Shown piece by piece: positions 1 through 10,292 of a stretch of 64,000 bases of DNA. How positions within the stretch are numbered: the stretch's first letter is position 1; each line of letters starts with the position of its first letter. The position numbers and the translations under genes were made by a program. Source of the stretch: a virus; the IMG/VR virus record IMGVR_UViG_3300044771_000072; one strand, 5' to 3'. The notes beneath the pieces are model-generated. The model saw only the letters and a program-made list of their open reading frames with translations, was not told the origin of the DNA and did not search any database.

Positions 1-65
1 GAGCGCGACGACGCCCTTCGCGAGCGGGACGCGGCGCGTGAGGCCCACAAAGTGGGACTCTCCTG

Positions 66-3000
66 ATGTCGAAACCTGACGGCGCGTTCGCCCATCTCGA
101 AGACGTGCAGGACGCCACGACACGGGCGGCGTCTACCTGGGCGCGCGCGGATCGTGCCGCCGATGATCGCGCTGCGGATTTGCAGGGTCTCGAGCACGTG
201 ATCGCACTCGCCGCGCGTCCGGTGCCGCGTGAGATCCAGGCCGCGCGGGAGGCGGCGGCGGTCGCGCTGCGCGAGGCGTGTCAGGCGGAAGGGCAGGCGG
301 AGCACGAGTTGAAAGAGGCCGCGAGGCGGCTGCTCGAGACGGAGATCCAGGGTGAGTAGCCAGCCAGGACGCGACGCGGTCAACCACGCCTACAGCGTCT
401 CGCGTGCCTTCGGCGAAGAGACCGTCTGCGAGATGTGTCGGCTGTGCCAGGACGAAAAGGTGGACGCGCACGGACGCCGCTTCCTGGTACCGCCGTGGTG
501 GCAATGGCCCACGTGGCTGGCCGGAGCGCTCATCATCGAGCGCAACCGGATAAAGTTTTCGCGTCCCGAGCCGCTACCAAAGCGCCAGCCCGCGCTCGTA
601 CTTCCGAAACGCCTGCCCTACAAGGATCGCCCATGACCTATAACGACCTCCTCACCCGCGTGATCGATGACGGCATCGCCGCGGCGCGCGTCTCCTACGC
701 GACAAAGCCGGATCACCTGCGTGGATCCGTAGATGGCTTCAACGTGTGCCGCGGCAAGCCGCCGGCCGAGATCGAGGAGCTGTGGCGAACCGCGGGCCGC
801 ACGATCGATCTGGACGGACCTATCGACGAATACTGGTATGGGCGCTGCTTTCAGCTCGAGCTGGAGTGGGTCTTGAACGTGATCTCCATGGCTGTCGTCC
901 AGGCAGGCGGAGATCCACTGCTATCCTGGCTGCCGACCATGCGCGGTGCGATCAAGTACGCGGAGATCGTCGGCGTCCGTGAACAGGTGGCTACGCCATG
1001 ACCAGAAAGACAGTGGCGCGTCGGCGTCGAAAGCGCGTCGACTACAAGGCTGCGTGCGGAAAGCTCGCCGGCTGCGTCTTGTTCGCGCTGCAGAATCGCA
1101 AGCACCTCAGCCACGGCACGGGGGTCCTCGTCCACCTCAAGACGCGCAAGATCACGGGCGAGCGCTGGGAGGACAAGTTCTTCGACGCGCTCGAGGCCGC
1201 CGGTCTCGTCTACGATCGCGAGGCGTACTACGCAAGCAGCGCCGGCAAGCGCCGCGCGGTGAGCGGTTTTTAGTGGCCGCGAAGATCAAACCTGCGCGTG
1301 ACTTCGTGATGCCGACCGCCGTCGTCGAGATCCTGCGTTGCGAGAACCATCCGAAGATTCTCGCGGTCGCAATCGGTGGGGTGCGGCTCTCGCCGAACAA
1401 GTGCTGCGGAGCCTGGACCCGGGCGGCGCACTGGCCGGTGCCGATCTCGGAGTTCGTTGACGTTGTGGGGCGTGCAGCGGTATCTCGGCCCCCGAGAAAG
1501 AGAAAGCCGTGACTCTCCGCGAGGCCCTCGAAGACGCTGCCGAAGGATCCGTCGACGCCACGGCGCGTGCGGTGGGCTGGCTCGTCGGCACCTTGAGCGA
1601 GGCGGCGCCGTGCGGCAACGCCGCCCCGATCGTCACGCCTGGCGATATCGAGCTGGCCGAGAGCGACGGACACTACACGCCGAGTGAACTCCGCGCGATG
1701 TGCGGTGTATGGTTGCGCGCCGCAGATGACGCGGAAAGGATCGAGGAATAGCCCATGTTTGGTATCGAGAGAAAAGTCGAGCGCGTTCGCCAGGCGTTGA
1801 TCCACGGCATGCGCGCGAAGAGCGCGGCGATCATGAAGGTCCACGCCGCCAAGGCGCCCGAGGCGATCCCGAAGTCGGATCTCGCGCGGGCGATGGTGCT
1901 GCAGGATCTCGCCGAGATCCTCGTGCACCTGACCCTCGGAGGCGACGACGCGTGACGGCTGACAAAGCCAGCGACGATCCCGACGACGGGCCCTCACCGG
2001 AGCAGATCGCGCACAGCCTCCGCGCCTTATTTGACGCGGCCCGGGAGACTTACGGCTTTGGGCTGCTCATGATCTTGGAGGAGCACGCGCCAGGCGCGGG
2101 CGCGATACTCACGGCTTGGGGTGCCGAGCAGTCGCTCGAGGCCGTGACGCGAACGGTCGGCCGTCGCGTGAACACCACGATCCTGCTCGATGGAGATCGA
2201 CGCGACATCACCGTGATCGGAGTCGAGACGTGATCGCACCGCACACTTTCGACGGCTCGACACCTGACGGTGGAAGTGACCCCGATTTCGCGTGCTGGAC
2301 CTGCGGGCAGGGACTGGACCACCCTGCGCACGCCGCCGTCGAAGCGCCAGCGCCTGACGGCTGTCCTGCATGCGGCTACTGCGGCAATCGTCCCGAGGAC
2401 TGCTGCGCGATCTGTCGGCCTGCGCTTTCTGATCGCGACGTGGCGTGTGACCTCGTCTACCGCGCGTTCCAGCTCGTGATCGCGATGGAAGAGCCAGAGG
2501 TCACCTTCAGCGACGAGCAGCTCGAGGAGCTGTTCTACTGCCTGACGATGGCGTGCGTGAAGATCAAGAAGCTGCCGGGCGGCACCGCTGCGGCGGCACG
2601 CGTCTACGCGCGTGCGGAGGCCGAGCTCGCGAAGCGTTACCTGCGTCCGACGTGCTCGTGCGGAATCGTGTTCCTCGCGCGCGAGGAGGCGATCGCACAT
2701 GCGAAGGCTACGAAGCACCGGGTGAAGGGACTGCTGAAGGCAGAGACCAGCGACGCATCGGGTTTCGTCATCAAGCGCCAAGAGCCGAGCACCCTAGGTC
2801 AGTGGTGCACAGGCCGGAACACCTGGGCGCCGGACGCGGAGCACGCGATCCACTTCCTTCGCTGGAAGGACGCCGACAGCTACCGCGTGCGTGAGCTCGG
2901 AAATCAGCCGCACACGATCGTCGCGAGGACGACAGGGGCCGACGCCCCGTGATCTCCGGCCCTTGGCGCGAGGTCGTCTACATCCGTACCCTGACGGGCG

Positions 3001-5047
3001 ATCACGGCGCGCCGTTCTGGGTGCTGACCGCCTCCTGTGGCCACACCTCGTCGCGTACGCAACGCGTACCGAGGCCGTCGGATATCGTGCTCGGCGGACT
3101 GCGGCCGGACCGCTACTGCGCTCCAAAGCGCGTGCGTTGCTTGTCGTGCGCCCTTGGCTCGCCGCCGATACCGGTCGTGTTTCCCGAGGAGGCGATCGGC
3201 CATGGCTAGCTCCCTCGAAGATTGGATCGCCGCGTACTTTCTGGACCGCGTAGATCCCGAAGATCCGAACTATCGGCTCGTCGAGATTCGCCTGCCTCAC
3301 GCGGCGAAAGCTCAGCCGAGCTACGGACCTTTCTCGTACGCCGGGCTGCGAGCGCGCGAACGGCTCCGCCGCTTCTGCGCCGGGTTTCTGTCGGGCTTTG
3401 GTGACATCACCGTGCACGAGGCAGAGAAGATCATGCGCAAGTCCCGCGCCGCGGAGGAAAGGTTTCCGTCGTCATGACCTTCGGCAAGGCAGGCCCCTCA
3501 GAGCAAGAGAAAACCATCGGCGTCGAATGTGCGACCTGCGGTGCGACCACGATCCCGGATCACACCGCGGCACGCGCAGGCTGGTGCATCGGCAACCTGA
3601 TTATCACGCCGTTCGGATCAGTCCGTACGTGGCTGTGCCCGAAATGCCGACAGGTGCACGCGTGACCGCTATCGATTACTACCGCACGCTCATGGAGCGT
3701 TTCCCATGCGCCGGCGACAAGGGCTGCGAATCGATCGACGCCGATCGCCTGCCTGCCGTCGTCGGGATGTCAGGCCGCGCGTTAGACAGCGAGCCGTGCG
3801 ATCGCTGCAGGACCGTCGACGAACACATCGCCCGATACAGACTTGAAACGCCCCCATCACGCGATACCCCGAGGTAGCTCATGCAGGTTCAGAACATCAG
3901 CCACATGTTTTCATTCACCTTCGAAAAGACCACGGCCGAAGTGCTCGCCGCATGCAAGGCCAAGGAGATCGCGCTGCGCAGCAAGATCGAAGACCGCGAG
4001 GGCCGCGTCGCGCGCATCCGCGCCGAGTACAAGATCACTGACGCGATCCTGATCGATCTGCTTTCACAAGCCCGCGCCGCGGCCAAGCGCAACGACTCAC
4101 TGATGAATTACTCAAGCTCGGTTCAACCGAACGACAGCGGGGAGCCGCAGACCGTCACGGTCGGCGCGGGCGTAGTCAACATGCTCTTGACGGAGAGGGA
4201 CTTCATCGACGGTGAAAAAGGTCAGGCCGACAAGCTCGCGCTCATCGGGCGCAACCTACGCGACTTCACGGACGATCGTGGTATCGCACGGGCGTCCCAT
4301 CACCTCAGCTACGACGAGCTTCGCTTCCTCGGCCTATAAGCCGTGACGATCCGCTACTGCACGCAATGTGGCACGCCGCAGCCGCTCGAGAACGCGACAT
4401 GCGTTTCGTGCGGCAAGCCGACGTCGTCTCCGATCTCGATCCCGCTCGTGATTCCGCGGCCGCCCATGTTCACGTACTGTGACGGCTGCCGGAGATCTGT
4501 CGACTTCGATGCGATCGCGGCCAGGGCGGTCCGCGAGGTTGGCGGGACGATCCTGTGCGAGCTGTGCAAGCCAGAAGGCGCCGAGCCTTCATGAGACGCC
4601 GCCGGCGATGGCGCCACGGCCAGCGCACCACGCTCGCGCAGCGCCCCGGCAACGAGCGCGCGGTCGAGGCGATCCGCGCCGGCGTGCCGGACATGCAGAC
4701 GCCCGCGTACTGGCGATCCGTCTGGGAGGTTCAACCGCCGCCACGGACTTGCACCTGTCGTCGCTCCGGTCCTGACGATCCCGGGTGTGGCGTCACGCCC
4801 TGCCTCGACGACCAGACACTATATGACCCGTGACGAGCTACGCGCGCGACCCGGCCCCCCTGGCTACGCCCCCGGTGAACTCGTCGAGGTCGACCGGCCA
4901 CGGCCAGATCGCAGCACGGCCCCGTACGCGGCGCGGGTGACCCGGTGCTCGACGACGCACATGCATGTGCGGGTGGTCGGAACCGGCCAGGAGATGGTCT
5001 TGACCCGGTGGGATGTGAAGTTGTTCGTGCGGCGGACGCCGGTGTAG
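66..5047 (+). other. Cluster of ~18 short, overlapping hypothetical phage ORFs (e.g. 66-359, 352-636, 633-1001, 998-1273, 1509-1751, 1755-1955, 1952-2233, 2230-2952, 2949-3209, 3474-3665, 3881-4339, 4343-4594), many with CxxC motifs
   Basis: Co-oriented chain of ORFs with 1-4 nt start/stop overlaps; no recognisable families. Confidence 0.7.
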
Positions 5048-5059
5048 GATAGTCCTTGC

Positions 5060-5563
5060 ATGCCCCGTAAGAAGCTGACTCCGGTACAGGCCAAGGCCCT
5101 GCTCCTCGCGGACGGCATGGACTTCACGCAGGACTTCCACGCGCTCGGATCGTCCGACGTTCAACGCCTGGCTGACGTGGCGAAGCTCGCGGGGTACCGC
5201 AAGAGCAAGAACGCCCCAGGATCGACGGCGCGGATGTACTACCAGTACCTCAGCCGCGTCGCGCCGGTGGCGCGTGCGAGCGGCGAGTTCACGCCAGCAG
5301 AGCGCCGCGGCTACCAGGACCGCGCGCGGAAGAAGAAGACGCCGGCGCAACTCGACGCGGAAATCGCCGCGGTCGTCGGCAAGAAGGTCAGCGTGCGAGG
5401 CGTGTCCGTCGCCGTCAACGGATACGGGCTCACGTACCAGCAGTGGTGCTACGCGGCGGGTCTCGACTCGATGGGCAAGGCGACCGATGCCCACTACGCC
5501 GCGTGGAAGCGGGGCGAAGATCCGAGCGACTGGCGCGCTGAATCGCAGCGGGGCCGATCGTGA
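5060..5563 (+). CDS. Hypothetical protein with internal KTPAQLDAEIAA motif
   Basis: ORF track; motif at ~5336-5371. Confidence 0.85.
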   Translation: MPRKKLTPVQAKALLLADGMDFTQDFHALGSSDVQRLADVAKLAGYRKSKNAPGSTARMYYQYLSRVAPVARASGEFTPAERRGYQDRARKKKTPAQLDAEIAAVVGKKVSVRGVSVAVNGYGLTYQQWCYAAGLDSMGKATDAHYAAWKRGEDPSDWRAESQRGRS

Positions 5564-6027
5564 CCACCGCGTATCGCTTCCACTCGCTCGAGGCAGACGG
5601 CCCCTGGCAGTCGCCTCCCTTCGCGGCGGCGGACAAGCGTCACATCATCCAGGGCGTGGTCGGCGGCTACATCATGGGCCGCCCCCGCTGGGCCGAGGAT
5701 CTGGACGGCAGATTCCTGTACGGGCTCGACGCCAAGGGCAAGGAGATGACGTCGGCACCGACACCGCCAACGCCGCCGGCGAAGCGCCGCACGCGGGGGC
5801 CGAACAAGCCGTACGCGGAACGCAACGCCGCGATCAAGCGCAAAGCGAAGGCTGCGCAAGACAAAGCGCGGAGCGCCGAACGCAAGGAGCGCCTCGACGC
5901 GGCGCTCGCGACGACCCTCGAGACACGACGCCAGGATCCCTACAACCTCGCGGCGTGGGACACCAGGAAGACGCCGGCACAGCTCGACGCGGAGATCGCC
6001 GCGTCGCTTGCGAAAAGGACGCGCTGA
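5560..6027 (+). CDS. Hypothetical protein with C-terminal KTPAQLDAEIAASLAK motif
   Basis: GTGA overlap with upstream gene; motif at ~5968-6015. Confidence 0.85.
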   Translation: MTTAYRFHSLEADGPWQSPPFAAADKRHIIQGVVGGYIMGRPRWAEDLDGRFLYGLDAKGKEMTSAPTPPTPPAKRRTRGPNKPYAERNAAIKRKAKAAQDKARSAERKERLDAALATTLETRRQDPYNLAAWDTRKTPAQLDAEIAASLAKRTR

Positions 6028-6029
6028 CC

Positions 6030-6371
6030 ATGACCCGCTACGAAGTGATCGAATCCAAGTCCTGGAAGCACGACGACGGTCGCAGCGCGAGCCTCTACGG
6101 TGCGGTGCCCTGGACGACGGAACGCGAGAAGTCTCAGTGGAAGATCGTCCCGCGCGGCTACACGGTTCGCGACACCACGAGCGGGACGGTCGGCATCGGG
6201 CGCGTGCCCTGGGCTACGCGCGCGGAAGCGCAAGCCTGGGCAGACGCGGCCAACGCAAAGGACCGCCAGCGTCACGAGGACTTTCGTGCGCGCAAGACCA
6301 AGGCACAGCTCGACGCGGAGATCGCCGCGGCGCTCGCCAACAAGAAGCCCCGCCGTCGCAGGAAGGGGTAG
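6030..6371 (+). CDS. Hypothetical protein with C-terminal KTKAQLDAEIAAALA motif
   Basis: ATG 6030 just after upstream stop; motif at ~6294-6338. Confidence 0.85.
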   Translation: MTRYEVIESKSWKHDDGRSASLYGAVPWTTEREKSQWKIVPRGYTVRDTTSGTVGIGRVPWATRAEAQAWADAANAKDRQRHEDFRARKTKAQLDAEIAAALANKKPRRRRKG

Positions 6372-6587
6372 CCAGATGGCCAAGAAGAAACCCGCCGCCG
6401 TCGACAACGATCCCTACCGCCTGTCACTCGCGCGCCGGCGCAAGCTCGATCACGTGCTGAACCAGGCGCAGAACGTCATCGGGTCGGAGTTCCTCGGCGC
6501 CGATCGTCCGAGCGCCGATCGCAAGCTCGGCAACGACCTGTGGGACGCGCTCGAGAAGTTCCGGCACCAGCTGAGCCGGGGGCCGCG

Positions 6588-6809
6588 ATGAAGCGCAAGG
6601 CAGCCGGCGCGCGCTTCGAAATCCTCCGGGGTCCTACGGGGCTCTACCGCTGGGTCCTCTTCGGCCTCAACGGCGAGCGCCTCGGGCCGAGCGAGCACTA
6701 CACGACCAAGGCCGGCGCCTATAAGGGCGTCGCCGCGGTCATGGCCGCCACGCATGCGATCGATGCCTTCGGTACCAAGATCGTCGACATGACGAAGAAG
6801 AAGGCATGA
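6588..6809 (+). CDS. YegP/DUF1508-like protein
   Basis: RFEI...GLYRWVLFGLNGERLGPSEHYTTKAGA matches the YegP repeat pattern. Confidence 0.7.
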   Translation: MKRKAAGARFEILRGPTGLYRWVLFGLNGERLGPSEHYTTKAGAYKGVAAVMAATHAIDAFGTKIVDMTKKKA

Positions 6810-7001
6810 TCGCCATGGCCGCGTCAAAACCGACGCAACCGAACATGTTTCTGACCGTCGCCGATGTCCACCGGATCGTCAACACGCTCGAAGGTCGCCG
6901 CACAGCGCTCCAGAACATCCGAGGTACAAAGCGCGATCAACGCCACCTCACCAAGCTGATCGACAAGCTCTACGCAGTGACGTGGTAGCGAAGGAAACCC
7001 C

Positions 7002-7265
7002 ATGGCGAGAAAACCAAAGTCCGATCCCCTCGCGTGGCTCTCCACGGCCGCCGGCCAAGCCGCCTACTCGAAGGCTCGCGCCGAAGCGCAGGCGCGCGCC
7101 AACGAGACCGGCTACGACATCGGCCTCGAGCGCAATGATCTGTTCAAGACGTTCCGCACGTTCATGCTGCCGCAGCGGCAGAACCGCTCGGGCCACGAGC
7201 TCCAGTGCGAGGTCGTGTCGTGCGAGAACCTGGATCGCTGCAAGCCGGGGCACGGGCCGCGATGA
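7002..7265 (+). CDS. Hypothetical protein
   Basis: AAGGA RBS upstream; ATGA overlap with next gene. Confidence 0.7.
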   Translation: MARKPKSDPLAWLSTAAGQAAYSKARAEAQARANETGYDIGLERNDLFKTFRTFMLPQRQNRSGHELQCEVVSCENLDRCKPGHGPR

Positions 7266-7471
7266 CCGCCAAGAAGGCGCTGGATCGCGACATCCTCAAA
7301 AGTGAGATCGCCGCGCTGGCCGGCACCGGCCGCGCGATTCGCGTACAGCCCTATACCTTCACGCGTTGGGCGCAGACAGCGCGTTTGCCGGAGATCGCAG
7401 CGTACGCCAGCGCCGGACGCGTGGTGACCATCCAGCCCTACACGTTCGAACGCTGGGCTGCCGCGCTGTGA
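7262..7471 (+). CDS. Hypothetical protein with internal repeat (QPYTFTRWA / QPYTFERWA)
   Basis: Repeat visible in protein and DNA (cagccctataccttc / cagccctacacgttc). Confidence 0.65.
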   Translation: MTAKKALDRDILKSEIAALAGTGRAIRVQPYTFTRWAQTARLPEIAAYASAGRVVTIQPYTFERWAAAL

Positions 7472-7640
7472 CGGCCAAGCAAGCGCGCTGCGGCGGATCC
7501 TTGATCCTTCCCTGGCCAAACACCGCAGCGAACGTTCGCAAGACCGTGCGCGAGCTCCGCGCCGAAGGGTGGACTGCCGAGGTCGAGAAAACGCCCCACG
7601 AGACGTACGTGTGGACGAACCGTATTCTTCAAGGATAGCC

Positions 7641-8000
7641 ATGGCCGGAAAAAGCATCGGGCTCACGAAGAGCGGCAAGACGATCTACGCCCACCAAGCG
7701 TTTCACAAACACTTCGACGACTGGACGTCCGAGGACCACGTCGACGCAGCGGAGGCGCACCGTGACGCCGCGACCGAGGCGCGCTACGGCGCGAACGTCG
7801 CGCACACCGTCGCCTACGATCGCGCGAAGTACACGCCCCCGGTCTCGAGCTGGTCGGGGCACAACAGCTCGGCCGACGAGCATGTGTCGCGCGCCAAGGC
7901 GCTCGATCGCACCGTCGCGGCGCTGGGCCTGGGGCGCAAAACACCGGCGCGGCTCGACGCGGAGATCGCAGCGTCCCTTGCGAAAAGAAAACGGCGATGA
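7641..8000 (+). CDS. Hypothetical protein with C-terminal KTPARLDAEIAASLAK motif
   Basis: AAGGA RBS; motif at ~7938-7985. Confidence 0.85.
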   Translation: MAGKSIGLTKSGKTIYAHQAFHKHFDDWTSEDHVDAAEAHRDAATEARYGANVAHTVAYDRAKYTPPVSSWSGHNSSADEHVSRAKALDRTVAALGLGRKTPARLDAEIAASLAKRKRR

Positions 8001-8190
8001 TGACCGACGCCCTCCGTGCCGCAATTCTTCGCTACCCCTACGTAAAAATAGTCGGCGTTCGCGGAGGAGAAGTGATCGTCTTTGACGCCCGCTTAGACAC
8101 CACGACGGTGTACGGCACCCGTGCGGGTTCGCGAAAAACCGCCTACGCGGCGGCCCTTCGCGAACTGGCAGCAGAGTACGGCGTCCAGTA

Positions 8191-8388
8191 ATGGCGAAGA
8201 CCTCCGCGCAGCTCGACGCCGAAATTGCGGCTACCCTCGCAACCGGACGCAAGCCGACCGGTGATCGACGACGGCGCGCACGGCAACGCGGACGCCTCCC
8301 GATGATCAGCGCGCGCCTTTGCGCCGTGTGCGGAGAAGAAATCGAGCCAGGTCACGAGACAAGCGCGTGGCACCTGGCCCATCTGTAA
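8191..8388 (+). CDS. Small protein: N-terminal KTSAQLDAEIAATLA motif plus C-terminal CxxC...H Zn-finger-like segment
   Basis: ORF track translation. Confidence 0.75.
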   Translation: MAKTSAQLDAEIAATLATGRKPTGDRRRRARQRGRLPMISARLCAVCGEEIEPGHETSAWHLAHL

Positions 8389-8648
8389 CGCTCGCTACGG
8401 CGACATCCGCGAACCGCGTCACGATCGTGATCGGCGCAAGCTCGACGTGTGCCCCTGGAGCATCGCCGCAGAGATCCAAGAAGCGACCACCCCACCGGGT
8501 GGATCCTTGGCACGCCGCACGTCACACGGCTCCGTCACGGACTCCGCTTGCTCGAGCGCCAGCTCCACGGCGCGTAGCACGATCTCGTCTTTCGTCTCGC
8601 TCACGACGAACGCTATACACCAGCGCCTAGACGGATGGCCAATCGGTA

Positions 8649-9098
8649 TCACCCACGCAGCCGCCCCCCGGCGTTTCTCAGCGAGAGCAGCGCCCTCACC
8701 TCGAGCTGACGAGCGCGCTCCCGCGTTACCTGAATACGCTCTCCCATCTCTTCGAGCGTGAGTGCGCCGCCATCGGCGATATCCAAGGAGCACGACGCTT
8801 CGAGCTCATCAGGCTCGATGTCAGGATAGGCGAACTTGATCGATCCGATCGACGTGACATCCAGATACAGGTGGTGCCTGCAGCCTGCCCAGACGCAAGG
8901 CCTGGTACGTCGCAGCATCTCGTCCACCGAGTGGCCGCAGCTCCGTTTCTTCAGAGCACCGTCGCGAACTGCCTGACAGATCGGACACGGTAGGCAGTCG
9001 CCACGGATCTTCGGCCGATCGATCTCCAACGTCTCGCGGATCCGTCCCCTGACTTCTTTGGTCGCCTCGTGCACGCCGCGCCGAACCTCGGATCCCAT
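8649..9098 (-). CDS. Cys-rich protein with sigma-70 region 4 HTH
   Basis: TLEEMGERIQVTRERARQLE is a region 4 motif; RPCVWAGCRHHLYLDV upstream. Confidence 0.8.
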   Translation of the reverse strand: MGSEVRRGVHEATKEVRGRIRETLEIDRPKIRGDCLPCPICQAVRDGALKKRSCGHSVDEMLRRTRPCVWAGCRHHLYLDVTSIGSIKFAYPDIEPDELEASCSLDIADGGALTLEEMGERIQVTRERARQLEVRALLSLRNAGGRLRG

Positions 9099-9188
9099 GG
9101 CCTTGACCGAGATCGTGCGGACGCGTACGTGGTAGCGCTTGGGTCGATGCGGGGACGGAATGGCAGCCAGCCTATCCTGTTCCAGGGG

Positions 9189-9707
9189 TCAGAACGGCAT
9201 GCTGATCTGATCGGGATCGGCAGCCACGACCGTACGCAGATCGAGGTCCAGGCGCGCCTCGCCGCAGACCAGCGACAACGCCTCGAATCGCAGATCCACC
9301 CGATCCGCCGCCGTGAACTCGGCGGGCTCGGAGCGCGGCAGCCGCCGTAGCGTCACGTGCGGGTGGTACCCGAAGCGATCGTCGACGCGGACGCCGCAGG
9401 CGCCGCAGTGCTGGAGGAGCGCCTGGCGGAACTCGAGGAGCGCGGGGCTCTCGAGCAGGAGTGCGATCACCGATCCTGCCTTCTGGTCCATCCGCGCCGT
9501 CGCCCAGGAGCGTGCGGCGAGGGGGCCCGGGGTGGGATCGAGCGTGCGCCGGCACGCCGTCAACACGCGCTCGACCTGTGCCGCAGAGACGCTGCGACCG
9601 AAGTGCGCGAGCGTCGTGTGGGTCTCGGTGTAACCGGGATCCGCAGGGAACAGCCCTGCCCAGAAGCCGCGTCCGGCGGCCGCGTTCTCGAATAGCTTGT
9701 CGATCAT
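9189..9707 (-). CDS. 2H phosphoesterase (2'-5' RNA ligase/Acb1-like)
   Basis: Two HxT motifs: THTTLAHF and HPHVTL. Confidence 0.75.
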   Translation of the reverse strand: MIDKLFENAAAGRGFWAGLFPADPGYTETHTTLAHFGRSVSAAQVERVLTACRRTLDPTPGPLAARSWATARMDQKAGSVIALLLESPALLEFRQALLQHCGACGVRVDDRFGYHPHVTLRRLPRSEPAEFTAADRVDLRFEALSLVCGEARLDLDLRTVVAADPDQISMPF

Positions 9708-9767
9708 GTGCCTGCCTTCGGTTCGTGTCGGTATTACGTTCGTGGGTGCGGACTGCCGTAACAACGC

Positions 9768-10292
9768 CTACCCGATGGGCCGATCATCGAGACATGACGT
9801 CGCTCCCGCCTCCAGCACGTGTTGCGTTGGCCACCACGACGGCCATTCCAGCATCGATTTGCGGAGCTCCAGGTCTTGCCGGAGCACGACCCCAAGGGAC
9901 ACGCCGTGCCGGGATCGGCGCCAGCACGCGATCGGATCGCCGACCAAGGCGATGACGTGCAGCGTCGCCTCACGCGCGAGGCCGAGCGCGATGTACGGTG
10001 AGACCTCCGCGATCGACGTGTTCGTGTTGTCGACGATCAGATCGACGTCGCCAGCGCGCAGCTGATCGTCGAAGAGGCGCAGGCAGCCGCCATGTGCGAC
10101 TCCCAGGAGCTTCACGTCGAAGGGCAACCCGTCGCGGGCCTCGAAGAAAGCGTCCGCGGATACCGCCTCCGTACGCTGGCGATCTTTCCACCAGGACGGC
10201 GGGTACGGATAGTGCCGATATTGATCGGCGATCGCCTTTGTCAGCCAGCTCTTCCCGCTGCCGGAGCAGCCGCGCAACACGAAGACGTTCAC
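9768..10292 (-). CDS. P-loop kinase (AAA_33 / polynucleotide kinase-like)
   Basis: Walker A RGCSGSGKS, VSADAFF, LIVDNTN, RSRHGV. Confidence 0.8.
   Translation of the reverse strand: MNVFVLRGCSGSGKSWLTKAIADQYRHYPYPPSWWKDRQRTEAVSADAFFEARDGLPFDVKLLGVAHGGCLRLFDDQLRAGDVDLIVDNTNTSIAEVSPYIALGLAREATLHVIALVGDPIACWRRSRHGVSLGVVLRQDLELRKSMLEWPSWWPTQHVLEAGATSCLDDRPIG

Noticed and set aside
7262..7471. Seventh LDAEI-tag copy (ILKSEIAALA)
   Set aside because: Only EIAA matches; too weak to count
5336..8241. CRISPR array or DNA repeat element (CTCGACGCGGAGATCGC)
   Set aside because: Spacing is irregular, copies are always in frame, and they vary at synonymous sites, so this is a protein motif
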